From Gekko japonicus (taxonomy: Eukaryota): DNA of 64,000 nt. The translations under genes and the position numbers were made by a program. Each line of letters begins with the position of its first letter. Position 1 is the stretch's first letter. The stretch covers positions 328,664 through 392,663 of the forward strand of contig NW_015165859.1 in the NCBI RefSeq assembly GCF_001447785.1, read 5' to 3'. Under the pieces are notes generated by a model. It saw nothing but the letters and a program-made list of their open reading frames with translations, ran no database searches and was not told where the DNA came from. Of the stretch, positions 24,629 through 37,012 are shown piece by piece.

Positions 24629-25544
24629 CCCACCCACCCTTTCTTCCCTGTGACTGGCAATTGAGTGGGAGCAGCTGGAGAGCTTTCATGAGTGGCAGGA
24701 AGCCTTTGCCAGGGGGCAGCAATAGATGGGAGGGACTGGCAGCATCTGTCACAGCAGCTGCCAGGGCTTCTTGCCACAGCAACAGAGGGGCATGGGAGTG
24801 GGGCAGGGGTGCATCAAGAGGCTGCTGGGGGACCTGAGTCTATTAGGGGGCCACACCCCCCATCCCCTCCTGCTGGGCCTCCAGCAGGGGTGGCATGGGG
24901 GCACCCTTGACAGTGTGGGCACCCTGCTGCATGGTGTGGTTGCTGGTGAGTGGGGGGGGCACCCACACAATCACGTTCTTTTCCATCGTGGCCCCTGGGG
25001 GGGGGCAGAGCACCACCATGGGGGTGCCCGTGGGCCAAATGAGTGACGCTCCCCTCTTCATTGACAGGTGGCCAGGGCATCTGACAGGAGCTGGTCTCTT
25101 TAGGGGGGGGGTATGCTGCAGAGAAGTGTGGCTCTTGTGCCCCCTCCTCCGCCCCCTGCCAGTGACAGACACTTGGCTCAGTCCCCTCAACTTATGGCTC
25201 TCATTGTTCCTGCCTGCCCTGTCTGTCACGCCGCCCCCACCTGGTAACAATGCCAGGACAGAGACGTTGTGGACGGACACCACTGCAGCAGCTCCCAGCA
25301 ACACTGACCGGGCACCTTCCCCCCCCCCCCATTCGGCTGCCACATAACTTTCCCCTTAGGGAGGTGACACAGGATTGCTCTGCCCATGTCTCATACAGTT
25401 TTAAACTGTATATAATGTTTTTATAACGCAGATATATTGTTATTTTTGTATTGTTGTCTATATCTTGCCCTGTAAGCCGCCCTGAGCCCTACGGGGGAGG
25501 GCGGGGTACAAATCTGAATAATAAATAAATAAATAAATAGTCTT

Positions 25545-25768
25545 TACGTATTTTAGTCACTTCATTTATGTCTCACCTTTCTCCCCAATGCGACCCAAAG
25601 CAGCTTTACATTATTCTCCTTTCCTTTTATTATCCTCAGAACAACCCTGTGAGGAAAGTTAGGCTGAGCGTGCGACTGGCACAAAAGTCACCTGGTGGGC
25701 TTCCATGGTGGAGTGGGGATTCGAACCTGGGTCTCCCAGATCCTGGACTGACACTCTATCTACACCAC
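25545..25768 (-). mobile_element. tRNA-derived SINE (Squam-like)
   Basis: A/B-box head (GTGGTGTAG..., GGTTCGAATCCC on minus); family also at 28971-29202, 52230-52430, 55855-56133, 60442-61020 (split) and 62041-62300. Confidence 0.7.
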
Positions 25769-25784
25769 AAAAGTGTTAGTTCAT

Positions 25785-28300
25785 TTGACTTCCAGTTTTC
25801 GGCAACTTGCGAACGAACACCATCGAGCTCCGATGGGTGCGATTCGGATCGAGGCGGCAGGGAGGGGGTTCGGAAGTTTTTGACAACCCCCCCCCACAAA
25901 GCTCTTGAAGGGAGCTTCTAGCCTGGAGCGTGGAGAAAATGCTCCCGAAGCCAGGGCTGAAGGATTGAGGCTCTTTTTTGCTCCTTAAGGTCCCACTGCC
26001 CCGAAGCCAGCAATGGTGCCCAGAGACGTTACCGGACCAGAGCGCACAAGGAATTAAGCAAAGGACTCTCCCTATGGGATGATATCCAGTGAAAAAAACA
26101 GTGAGTTAATGAGTTTCAAAAGAAAGACAAAAGTAAAGAGGGTGGAGGACCTGACAGTGAGACAGAAAAGCCCCATAGAGAAGGGGGGGGGACTCTCGGG
26201 AGCAAGAACCCTACCCTATAGTGCAAAAAGCAGTGAAATGGGAAGCAAGCCGACAACAAGCTGTTAGAAACCCACCCAATCAAAGCAGATCGCAGTGGGG
26301 CTCGTTATTCAGTCCAGAGAAAAATCTTAGAACTTTTAAGAACTTTTAACTTAATATAAACAATATCGCAACATGGGGGGGAAATGGCGTCCAGAGGCCA
26401 CAGGATGTGGCAGCACAGCATCCACCAGTCACAAGACTGGAAACTACTACCGATTTAGCTGGTACGATTTCTGAAGCCTTGCACCCCCTGCTGGATCAGC
26501 TGACGAATCAACAAAAAGTTTGATGATTTGCAGAAGGAGTTGAAGGAGACCAAAGATAAATTGAAGAAGATGGTCAAAAAGCTAATACTGGTTGAAACTA
26601 ATACAGGTTGAATGGGCCAAATGGGAAAAAATGTGGCAAAATATGAGGAGGATGAAGGCAACAGCGATGAAAGAAAATCTTTTTAAAATGTTTCACCGAT
26701 GGCATTTTACTCCAGAGGTGTTAGCTAGATGTTACCCCAATCTATCAGACAGATGTTGGAAGTGCAAAACAGAAAAAGGGACTTACTTTCACGTTTGGTG
26801 GTCATGTAGAATAGCACAAAGATATTGGAAAGAAATTTATGAAATTATTGTTCAGATGATTATGTTGAGAATCCCATATGAGCCAGAGATATTTTTGTTA
26901 AATATTATGCCTGATAATTAAAAAAAGACAGAAGTACACCTAACTACGCATCTGCTCACGGCAGCCAGGATCTTATTTGCAAAGTACTGGAAACAGGAAA
27001 ATATACCGGCTAGAGAGGAATTTGTAATTAAAGTAACAGAAGTGGCCGAATTGGACAATCTTACTATGAAGCTCCGAGGGAAAGATGATACATTTCATAA
27101 TATTTTGCTTACGTTTTACAGCTGGTTACAGAAAAATGTATAGCTGGTGATTGACATATAAATGGAGGTGAAGGCACTATATATATATTAGTGAAGGCAC
27201 TAACGTATACAGTATTATGCCAGGGAATTCAAGTTTTTGTTTATGTATGTTATGTCTTGTATGTTGTGTTCAGTGTTATTTTTGTTTGAGACACTAATAA
27301 AGAACTATTAAAAAAAAAAGGTTGAAACTAAGACCAAAGAGATGGATCAAAGAATGGACATTGCTGAGAGAGAAAGAGCTTCTGAAAAACAACAGTTATT
27401 GCAATTGCAACTGGAAAGATCCTTATATGTTTTAAGATTTCAAGGGGTACAGGAGAAAAAAGAGAAATCTTAAGTGACGCATTTGCCCCCTTGATTAAAA
27501 GCAAACCTGAAATATTGCAAGCGGACATAGACATGATTTATAGAACTTATTCAGAGTTTGTGAAGAAAAATAATCTTCCAGGGGAAATATTTGTTAAATT
27601 TGCAAAAAGATCAACAAGAGACTCAATACTTAAAATATCTACTGCCACAACATTAAAAATCCAAGAGGAAGATATAAAAGTACTGAAAGATGTACCATAT
27701 GAAATACGTAAGAGGAAGCAATACAAAAATATTACAGCATTCCTTCAAAAGAACAATGTCCAATACTGATGGCTTTTACCAGAAGTCCTTCTTTCAACTA
27801 CAAAGAGAAGAAGGAAAAGATTGACTTTCTCTCTAAAGCAGAAGCATTCCTGAAACAGCACCAAACTCTGACCAAAAGAAAAAGAAATGAAGCAGAGGAA
27901 AAGAAGGTGACAGAAGAAAATAATGCCCATTAGGCGTCAGCCACTGACAGCTCTTCATCTACTTCGGTGTCCCTGGGTGAAATCCTTGACTCTGACTTTG
28001 ATTCTGATTTGGGAGATGCTGCACCCAGATCTTATAAGGTTAAAATCCCCTGGCAGAAGAAGAAGCGTAAAGACAAGAAGACATCTAAATGAAGATCTAA
28101 GATTTCTCTATGTCAGAACTTAAAGAATTTATAATATTGCTCATATGCGATACTAAAATTAAGAAATTTTTTGTTCTTTCTACTTGAATATTTATTACTT
28201 AGTAATTAAATGGTTTATTGTAAACTTGATTATATAGGGAAATACCCAAAGCGTAAGATAGATCATTATTGTACCTTGCTACTCTGAATTTGTAATGTGT
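25785..28300 (+). mobile_element. Decayed L1-like element (5'UTR and ORF1 remnant)
   Basis: ORF1-like remnant (IDMIYRTYSEFVKKNNLPGEIFVKFAKRSTRDSILK..IKVLKDVP) interrupted by another L1 fragment. Confidence 0.6.
26602..27319 (+). mobile_element. 5'-truncated L1 3' end with poly(A) tail
   Basis: ORF2 C-terminal zinc motif (FKMFHRWHFTP..CWKCKTEKGTYFHVWWSC), AATAAA, A-tail, TSD GGTTGAAACTAA (26590-26601, 27320-27331). Confidence 0.85.
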
Positions 28301-28310
28301 AGTTTTTGTA

Positions 28311-28656
28311 GTTGCAGTGGGTCAAGTGGTTAAGACGCTGAACTGCAGGCTGTGGAAGGTCAGTAGTTCAGCAGTTCGAGACCCGAGTGTGCCGCATGAC
28401 AGAGTGAGCTCCCGTCTCTAGTTCTAGCTCCTACCAACCTAGCAGTTTGAAAGCAAGAAATTGCAAGTAGTTAAATAGGTACCACTTCAATGGGAAGGTA
28501 ACAGTGTTCCGTGCGCCTCGGTGTCTAGTCATGCCGGCCACATGACCACGGAAATGTCTTCGGACAGCGCTGGCTCTTCGGCTTTGAAACGGAGATGAGC
28601 ACTGCAACCCTAGAGTCGGATTCGACTGGCTTTCGAGCAAAGGAACCTTTACCTTT
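28311..28656 (+). mobile_element. Sauria SINE
   Basis: Closely similar to the other copies; ACCTTT tail; flanking direct repeat of about 34 bp. Confidence 0.9.
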
Positions 28657-29400
28657 ACTCTGAATTTGTAATGTGTAGTTTTTGTAGTTTATAGTGAAAA
28701 GCAATAAAAAATTCTATATATAAAGAAAAGTGTTCGTTCATTTGTGGCTTCTGCCAGTTGGTCCTTCTGATTTTATTGTCGCCGGTCTCCATGGCAATTG
28801 GATTGGTAGGCAGCTGTTTGGCTTTTTGATATTGTTTGAATGTTCTGTTTGTATTGTACAGCTCTTCTGGCAGCTTTGAACTGGAAAGGCGTTAATAGAA
28901 TCACAGAAAACAAAATGATAGAAAGGCATTAATAAAATAACCAGCAAAGACTGGCACGGTAGTGCAAAAAGACAGCCAGTGTCGTGTAGTGGTTAGAGTG
29001 CCAGATTAGGATCTGATACTCCGGTTCGAATGCACACCCTGTCGTGGAAGCTCACTGGGTGGTCTTGGAGCAGTCACACACACTGTCTCTTAGTCTAACT
29101 TACCTCACAGGGTGGTTATTGTGAAGATAAAATGAAGACGGGGAGAACAACGTTGTAAGCCGTTTTGAATCACTCTTGGAGAGAAAAGCAGGACACAAAT
29201 AAGCAAAGGAGAACCCATTTTGAGGTCACAGTCTGCTATCCAGGCTTACAACATTTATCCCACCTCTGTCTCTCTTTAGCCCAGTGTGGTCCAAGAGCTG
29301 AAGCCCTAGGGAACTAAAAGGAAGGATAGCCCCAGTGATTTGAGTCATTAACTAATTTGGACTTTCATTCTCCATCTATTGCAAAAAGACCCATTCCCAT

Positions 29401-32400
29401 TATAAAGTACTGAGACTGATGCATGGAGAAGTGATTTCAGCTCATACTTTATTATGTACAGGATACCTTGAGAAACTTAGTCTGGCCCGACGCCGGCTTA
29501 TATCCACATAGCAAACCACGCCCCAAACACACAGCCACAACCGTGATAGGCTATTTACAGTGTCCCCCAGTCCCATAGGTCCCTCCTTGGATCCTAGCCG
29601 TCCGATAGGAGCGCACTAGGATCTTTTGGGCTATTGTCTTTGGAAGCGAAGCTTGGGCCCTTCGCATGGCCACGTGTGCGGCCCAACCACATGTGCGGTC
29701 TCACTGGGTACACAACACCCCTCCCCCCTTGGTCCAGGTTACCCTGACAGACATAATCCTTTAGGCACGTGGGCCTCCTTCGCTCCCTAGTGGAGCGGTG
29801 GATGTCCAGAGCCAGGGCTGGTGTCTCAGGCGTGGTTCCTGTCGGTTCCGGGGACGGGATCTCTGCCACTGGGGCCGTTGTCGGGGTTGGTGTGCTACTG
29901 GGCTCCAGGTCGCTGGTTGGTTCCGTGTTGCCACTGTCCTCCCCTCTGGGTAGAGCGCTTGCCCCTGGATGCGGAGGATCCGTGGCCTCTGGTTCCGGGA
30001 GATAATGATCGTCATCGTCTGTTGCGTCTGGGGGCGTGGGTCAGACGTGGTGGCACAGTTGATTGATGTGTCACCTCCACAGTTGGCCGTCTTCACAGGA
30101 GACTTCATATGAGAGGGGCCCGGTCACCTGAACAACTCTTGCCAGAACCCAGGGGGGACCTCGGCCGTAGTTCTGGGCATGCACGGGGGCCTCTGGAAAG
30201 AACCCTCGCGAGGCCTCCTGGTCTTCTGAGCTTGCGCTGTGTTCTGGTGTGTGGTCTGGATGGAGGTGGTCCAGATGGGTTGTCAGGTGGCGGCCCATGA
30301 GTAGTTCCGCAGGACTGCGGCCGGTAGTAGAGTGAGGGGTTCTGCGCTGGCTAAACAGGAAGGTGGCCAGCTTGTAGTCCCAGTCTCCCTGGTCCATGTG
30401 GCGCAGCACCTCTTTTGTCATCTGGACTATGCACTCCGCCTGACCGTTGTTGGCAGGGTGGAAGGGAGCAGAGCGAATGTGCCTAATGCACGAACTCCTG
30501 AAACTCCGTGGAGGTAAAGGCTGTGCCATTGCCCATCACTAATGAGTCAGGTATGCCATGGGAGCTGAAGATCCGCCATATTGCATGGATGGCGGATCGG
30601 GATGAGGTCTCCAGAACTGGTGTCACCTCCAGCCACTTAGTGTAGGTGTCGACCAGAATAAAGAAGACCTTGCCCTGGAAGGGCCCAGCAAAATCCAGGT
30701 GGAGTCTTGCCCATGGCTTGTGGGACGACTCCCATGGTCTCACTGATGCTTTTGGGGGCTCGGGTCGTGTCTCCTGACATTTATGACAGTGTTTAATCAT
30801 ATCCTCAACCTCGTTGTCTAGCCCTGGCCACCACACATAGCCCAGGGCCAGAGCTTTCATTCGGACTATCCCTGGGTGGTGTTTGTGCAGGGTGGAGAGT
30901 ACTTGTCTATGCAGGGGTGGTGGTATCACCACCCGGCTTCCCCACAACAAGCACCCCTTGTGGGAAGATAACTTGTCATGGTGGGCTGCGAATGCTGAGA
31001 ACTCAGGACCCACTGGGCTGGCAGGCCAACCCCTCCCCACCCAGTCAAGGACCCAGGAGAGGACTGAGCAATCGGGTAGGTCCTCCAGCAAGGCAACAAG
31101 GTGGGCCGGAGCGGGGTCAGGGTCAGAGGAGGGCAGTGGGAGGCGGCTCAGGCTATCAGCGTACCCTATCGCTTTACTGGGACAGTGGATCAATGAATAC
31201 TGCTAGCCCTCAAGGAAGATGGACCAGCAGAGCACACTGGGAGAAAAAATCAGGGGGGTCTGGTGGTCCGGGGCAAGGAGGCCCAAGAGGGGTTTGTGGT
31301 CAGACACAATTGTGAAAGCCCAGCCATAAAGGGAATTGTGAAATTTTTTCATGCTGGCCACGATTGCAAGGGCTTCCTTATCAATTTGCATGTAGTTGCG
31401 CTCTGCGGCCAACAGAGTGCGAGAATAATAAGCCATGGGAACCTCGAACCTCGTGGTGACCCAGGACTGCCCCCACCCGGTAAGGAGATGCACCGCACGC
31501 TAACACCACGGGCAGGGACTCGTCGAAGTGGGTGAGGACATCGTTCAAGACTAATAGGGCCTTGACTGCCCGGAAGGCTTCGTCATGAGCTGAACCCCAG
31601 ACCCACGGAGCATGCTTATCTAAGAGTCTGTGCAGCAGTTCAGCGATGGTGGCCTTGTGGGGGAGGAAGGAATGATAAAAGCCTGTAACTCTGCCTTCGA
31701 AGAGGGTGTGGGCGCTTGACTGATGGCGCGTATCTTGTCCTCCGTGGGGTGAATCCCTTGGGCGTCTACTGCAAACCCCAAGAATTCCACCCGTGGCACC
31801 CCCAGAATGCATTTCTCCCACTTCACCTTGAGGCCGGCGGCAGCGAAGCGTTCAAGCACAGTCCGGAGCTGGGCTGCAAAGGTCTCGGAGTCCGGGGCTG
31901 CGATCAAAACATCATCAAAGAACGACTGGACTCCCGAGATGCCTTTGAGGAGACAGTCCATCAGATTTTGAATAATCCCTGGGGCCACGCTCACCCCAAA
32001 CTGCAGGTGCCACACCCTGAAAGCCCCCCTGTGGGTCACTATGGTTTGAGCCTTGGCAGAGGCGTCGTTCACCAGCAGCTGCTGATATGCCTGGGCCAAG
32101 TCCAGCTTGCCTGGCTTTCATCTAGATGGGATGCACTGCTGGGTCAAGTTCAAGGGAAACCGGGGTTCCGGAGTAGCGGCCAAGCGTGCCATGGAAAACG
32201 CCCTGGGAAGTCCCCATGGACTGAGTTAAAGTTCTGTTCACAGAGTTTGTCCATGAAGGTGGAGGCTATTTTGCTGGGCTTCTAGAGGCACTTGGAAGTC
32301 CATGACCTTGGCCATCATGGTGGGCTTCGGCGTGTAGTACTTCGTGAGGACCTCTACGATCTCATCATATGAGTTCTCTGTTAGCTTCTTCGGTTCTTCT

Positions 32401-33054
32401 TGGCAAGGCAGATGGTGGCCACCCCACATGTGCTGAGGAGTAAGGCCCATTTCTTGTCTTCGTCAGTGACCTCATGGTAGGAGAAGAAGCTGGTGAGCTG
32501 GTCCACCCACAATTCCCAAAACCCGGGGTGTGTGGGGTCGAAGACTTTGAGGTGTCCCGGAGTGACAGCCATGACTTTTGAGCGAAGTGGGGAGTGGTGT
32601 CCTGGGGAGTGGTGCACGTTGCGGTGCTACTCGGGAGCGATGTGGGAAGCGGCGGCAGCTTCCACTGGATTGGTGCTGGGTGCTGTGCTGGATGAAAAGT
32701 CAGGCTCGCTCATCGGGATCCCACCTTCATCGCCAGCATCAAGTACTGAGACTGATGCATGGAGAAGTGATTTCAGCTCATACTTTATTATGTACAGGAT
32801 AACTTGAGATACTTATTCTGGCCTGAGTCCGGTTTATATCCACATAGCAAACCACACCCCAAACACACAGCCACAACCGTGATAGGCTATTTACAGTGTC
32901 CCCCAGTCCCATAGGTCCCTCCTTGGATCCTAGCTGTCCGATAGGTGCGTGCTAGGATCCGTTTGGTCTATTGTCTTTGGAAGCGAAGCTTGGGCCCTTC
33001 ACATGGCCACGTGTGTGGCCCGACCACATGTGCTGTCTCGCTGGGTACACAACA
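29401..33054 (-). mobile_element. Ty3/Gypsy element with both LTRs, internally deleted and decayed
   Basis: LTRs 29401-29717 and ~32738-33054; 5-bp TSD CCCAT; PBS TGGCGATGAAGGTGGGAT; PPT at 29718-29730; RT (AQAYQQL..FFDDVLI), RNase H (AYYSRTL..ERNY), integrase (HPGIVRMKALA..WWP, LHLDFAGPF, APFHPANNGQAE). Confidence 0.93.
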
Positions 33055-34345
33055 CCCATGCTCTTATACGCAGATGACACAGCTATTTTGTCATATACTG
33101 AAGTAGGCCTGAGAAGAGCCCTCTGTGCGCTCTCACAGTACTGTAAAGAGGAGCATCTAACTATAAATTTTATCAAAATATTTGGTTTTGCTAAAAGGCC
33201 TATGATGCATAGATGGCAGTTAGATGGTCACATGATCGAGCAAGTTAAGTATTCAGGTGTTTGGGAGTTGCATTTCAATCTTCAGGCTCGTGAGCAGCTC
33301 ATCTTTCTCAGGTCATGCATTCTGCCCAGAAATCAGCATTTGCAACCCTGAGATTTTTTCACACCAAAGGAGGAGCTTACATTCCTTATGCTTTGAAGGC
33401 TCTTTGGGTAAGACAATACCTCAACTAATGTATGGTGCACAGGTATCCCTGTATAAGAAATACACCAAACTTGAAACAATTCAATCAAAAAATTTTGAGA
33501 TCTTTATTTGGAGTACCAAAATGTGTTCCCAACGCTTTGCTTAGGCTTGAGGCTGGCCTAGTTACATTAGAAACCCGGGCTTGGTTTTATGACATATGTT
33601 TTCGGCTTAAATTAAAACTTCTTTCGTCAGGGCTGACCCCCCCTTAATCCTTTCAGATAGTTTTTGCTCAAGCTGGGTTTCTGTAATAGAACACAAACTG
33701 GCAGTTCTAGGCTTCTCTAGTACTGCCCTTTTGCACCTTGGATTTCAAGCAGCCAAAGCTATTGTTAAACAAAGATTATGGGATACTTCTCTCCAAATGG
33801 ACAGAGCACGAGCCTCACACTTCTTAGTGGCGAGAAATAAAAACCTAAATTTTGCTCCATCCAGCTACCTTTATTCGTTAGAACTCCCTAAGCACTGCAG
33901 AGCTTTTACTCAATCACCATTAAATGTTCTCCCATCTGCCCTCCTGCAAGGGAGATATGCTAATATCCCATACACAAGCTGACTCTGTCCTTGTAATTCT
34001 GGACAGGTCAAGACAATTGAACACGTTCTTTTATCTTGTCGGTTTTATCACGAGATTCGTTCTAAATATATTACTCCAATAATCGCCGTCTACCCAGGCA
34101 GGTCTAATCAGTTTTATTCTACTCTTCTTTTAGCGGACACCTGTAATGAAACTACTGGTAAGGTGGCCAGATTTTGTGCTATGGCTATCCTAACCAGACA
34201 GAAGACTCTTACTTCTTAGGAAATTTTAAAATTCACTTTGTCTTATTCACTAAAAATTTTATCTGTGTCAACTGTCTGGCTGTATTACTGCTGTTAACTA
34301 TATGTAACATTTTAAGGGATTTGCTGATCTTTGATTGTAATAAAT
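33055..34345 (+). mobile_element. RTE/RTE-X-like LINE 3' portion (its upstream part continues at 29345-29400)
   Basis: LLYADDTAILS..GLRRAL..YC..LTINF; C-terminal CPCNSG..TIEHVLLSC motif; AATAAA near the end. Confidence 0.75.
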
Positions 34346-34988
34346 CAGCTTAGGGAAACCCTGCCAATATCCCTCTTTAGGAGGGAGTACCTGATTCAAC
34401 ACAAGCATGTTTGCTAGCATAGCTCTCAACTGGGTTTGTAAAGTTCATCCTGTTGGTGTTCGATGTGAATTCACAATTCGTCACCGATGCAAAATGCTGC
34501 CTTTATCTATGAACATTGCTCTTCACATAGACCACAGCTTCAAGAAAAATTCAGAACAAAACTGACTCAAACAGGAAAACCCCACTAGAGTCCTTCAGAG
34601 TGGTTTGCCTAATGTCTAGAGATGACCCTAAAGAAATCCTGGCTTGGAAATAGTTCGGATTCTGGAACTCAGGGACGATACCAAAACATGGACTGGATTT
34701 TCTGAAGTGACAGGGATCTGCAATAGAGGAATGGATTGGGGCCAGAGCAAAAGTGGGGGAATGGGTACACTATCCCTGGCCACAAACATATTTCTCTCTT
34801 TTTAGAAATAAAGCAGAATAAGAGGGGGACACACACAAGAAATCACTGGGGAGAAAACATTGTTTCCTCCTTCCATATCACCATCTAGCTCCTTCCCCAT
34901 CTCCTTCTCCTGTGAGATGCCTCCCCCTTGTGCCAAACTCGAGTCCTCGTTTTATTTTATTTATGTTGTTCTCTTTTCCTTACCTGTA

Positions 34989-35330
34989 GGAGCTGCGGTT
35001 AAGACGCTGAACTGCAGGCTGTGGAAGGTCAGTAGTTCAGCAGTTTGAGACCCGGGTGCTGCATGATGGAGTGAGCTCCCATCTCTCGTTCCAGCTCCTG
35101 CCAACCTAGCAGTTCGAAAGCAAGAAATTGCAAGTAGATAAATAGGGACCACTTCGGTGGGAAGGTAACAGCGTTCCGTGCACCTTGGTGTTTAGTCATG
35201 CCGGCCACTTGACCACGGAAACGTCTTCGGACAGCGCTCGTTCTTCGGCTTTGAAACGGAGATGATCACCGCAACTCTAGAGTCGGATTTGACAGGCTTT
35301 CGAGCAAGGGAACCTTTAGCTTTACCTTTA
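34989..35330 (+). mobile_element. Sauria SINE
   Basis: Same family, short deletion in the head, ACCTTT tail. Confidence 0.9.
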
Positions 35331-36585
35331 ATCATCCTGTATCAGGGCCATGGGGGGGTGGGAGATGGTGAGTGCATGTGAGTGTGTGGGAATTGTTTTG
35401 CTTAGCTGCTTTGCGACTACTTTCTCAAGAGGCCTCCAGACTGGGAAGAATGTGAATGACCTTGGACGCTTGTCTCTGCTAGCCAGCCTGTCATAGATAA
35501 TGAAACTGTAGGTTCACAGGTGGTGAGGAAAGAAGCATGTGCTTGGTTTAGGCAGGCAGCATGGATGGCTTGATTAAATGGGTAATGGGGGGGGGGCTGT
35601 TTTAATGAAATATAACAGGACTGGCACCAAACCCATTAGTTCTGACACAGACGAGCTCAGCTTGACACATCTTCATATCTCAATAAACAAATCACTACAG
35701 AGAGTGTTGTTGAGAGTGAGTTTGTTCAAGAGTCTGGCACCTTGCCTCATTCTGGTGGCCACCTTCTCACCACCAGCAGTTTTCACACTGCATTATGGAT
35801 TACTATGGCAATCTAAAATGGCACCCACCCAACCTCTAGCAGTTTGCTTTTGGGGCAAATCGTACTTTTAAATTTGGGGGGCGGTATCCCCAAATTAGTA
35901 ATTTTTTAAAAGGAAGGCAGATGTTGCTCCAAAACCTGGAGGATCTGCCAGGTTTGCAAAACCCTACATTCTAGTTATGGCTGGCTACTCTTTGTGGATT
36001 TCATTAACCTCATGGGGCTGCAACACTGATATTTTGCTTTCAAGTTCTGTGAGTTTCTTTCAGAAATGTGTGGTTTCCAGCTTTGTTGTGTCAGGTCAGA
36101 GAAACTAATTTTGGACCCTAGGATGCTCTTTCGATAGACTTCACACAGATAGGCATTCTACTAGGAAACTAAACAACAGACCATTCCCCCCCCTTTCAAA
36201 TGGTATAACTGCAATGTATGACCAGAGTGCTTCATCTTGCCTAATGGTTGGATCAGCCTTGCATTCCTCTTTGACTCCACCGACTTTAATGGTTTGCACA
36301 ACTTGATCTCTAAAGCTATCAAATCAGTTCATGACAGAACAAAAGTCCAAGACCATGGCTTGGATTCTGCCTAGCAGAGGGGCCATTCTTTTTTTTGCCA
36401 GTTCTCCCCTCCCATGGCAGCCCATAATGCCTGCTGAAAATCTGCTCCCAGAGGGAAAGGACACCTGTGTGTAGCTTGGGGGGGGGGGGGAATCAGAGGT
36501 CTTCCATGGAAAGGGGAAAGCCACAAAAATCACTGCTTCCTCCCTGCACCCATGGAAATGCTAGGCAGGGCTCCAGACCAGAGCC

Positions 36586-36791
36586 CAATGCTCCCTCTAA
36601 GCTGTGGAGTCTTGTGAGCAAAAATTCTACTTTGTGAGCTACTAGCCTTAAAGTTGTGAGTAAGCAATTTGGCTACTGCATAAATTAGTTTGCTCTGGAG
36701 CCAGCCTTTCTGAGCGAAGGCGAAAATGTGTGAGCCAGGGGCTAAAAAACTGTGAGCTTTCTCACACTAACTCAGCTTAGAGGGAACACTG
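36586..36791. mobile_element. hAT MITE (same family as 21212 and 38519)
   Basis: TIRs CAATGCTCCCTCTAAGCTG / CAGCTTAGAGGGAACACTG. Confidence 0.85.
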
Positions 36792-36891
36792 GAGCCCAAC
36801 CCTTGATCTGGTGGCCCCCCACATGTACTCTTGGCCTCAAGGAACACTTTGATAAAGAAAGGAGAGGCATAGGAAGCCATGATTCATCATC

Positions 36892-36897
36892 TTTATT
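36892..36897 (-). terminator. LIN28A: Candidate distal poly(A) signal of LIN28A (AATAAA); an alternative lies at 37379-37384
   Basis: AATAAA on minus followed by a pyrimidine/U-rich downstream tract; these are the first canonical hexamers I found after the stop codon. Confidence 0.5.
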
Positions 36898-36954
36898 ACG
36901 TTCCATCGTTTTCCATAATGGGTACAAGAATGAAATCAGGAGGGGGGAGAGAGA

Positions 36955-37012
36955 NNNNNNNNNNNNNNNNNNNNNNNNNNNNNNNNNNNNNNNNNNNNNN
37001 NNNNNNNNNNNN
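36955..37012. other. Assembly gap (N run, next to a GA repeat)
   Basis: Run of n. Confidence 1.

Larger units (their letters stand above)
20738..25382 (-). mobile_element. Decayed PIF/Harbinger transposon with nested insertions
   Basis: 12-bp TIR CAGAGCAATCCT / AGGATTGCTCTG; HARBI1-like transposase remnant on minus at about 22670-22960 (RATIQALCEEL..LQ..QKILLSMKFLATVSF..VVDVLEVSWSSASCCLHSFLDA..EHVYF); TSDs do not match. Confidence 0.6.

Noticed and set aside
22640-25347. Many overlapping ORFs on both strands
   Set aside because: GC-rich decayed transposon sequence with few stop codons by composition
28971-29202. tRNA genes at A/B-box sequences (several sites)
   Set aside because: They are SINE heads followed by SINE bodies and tails, with no complete cloverleaf
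1-36800. DHDDS or CATSPER4 exons expected from human synteny
   Set aside because: No recognisable DHDDS peptide seen; similarity to CATSPER4 is limited to a WW dipeptide
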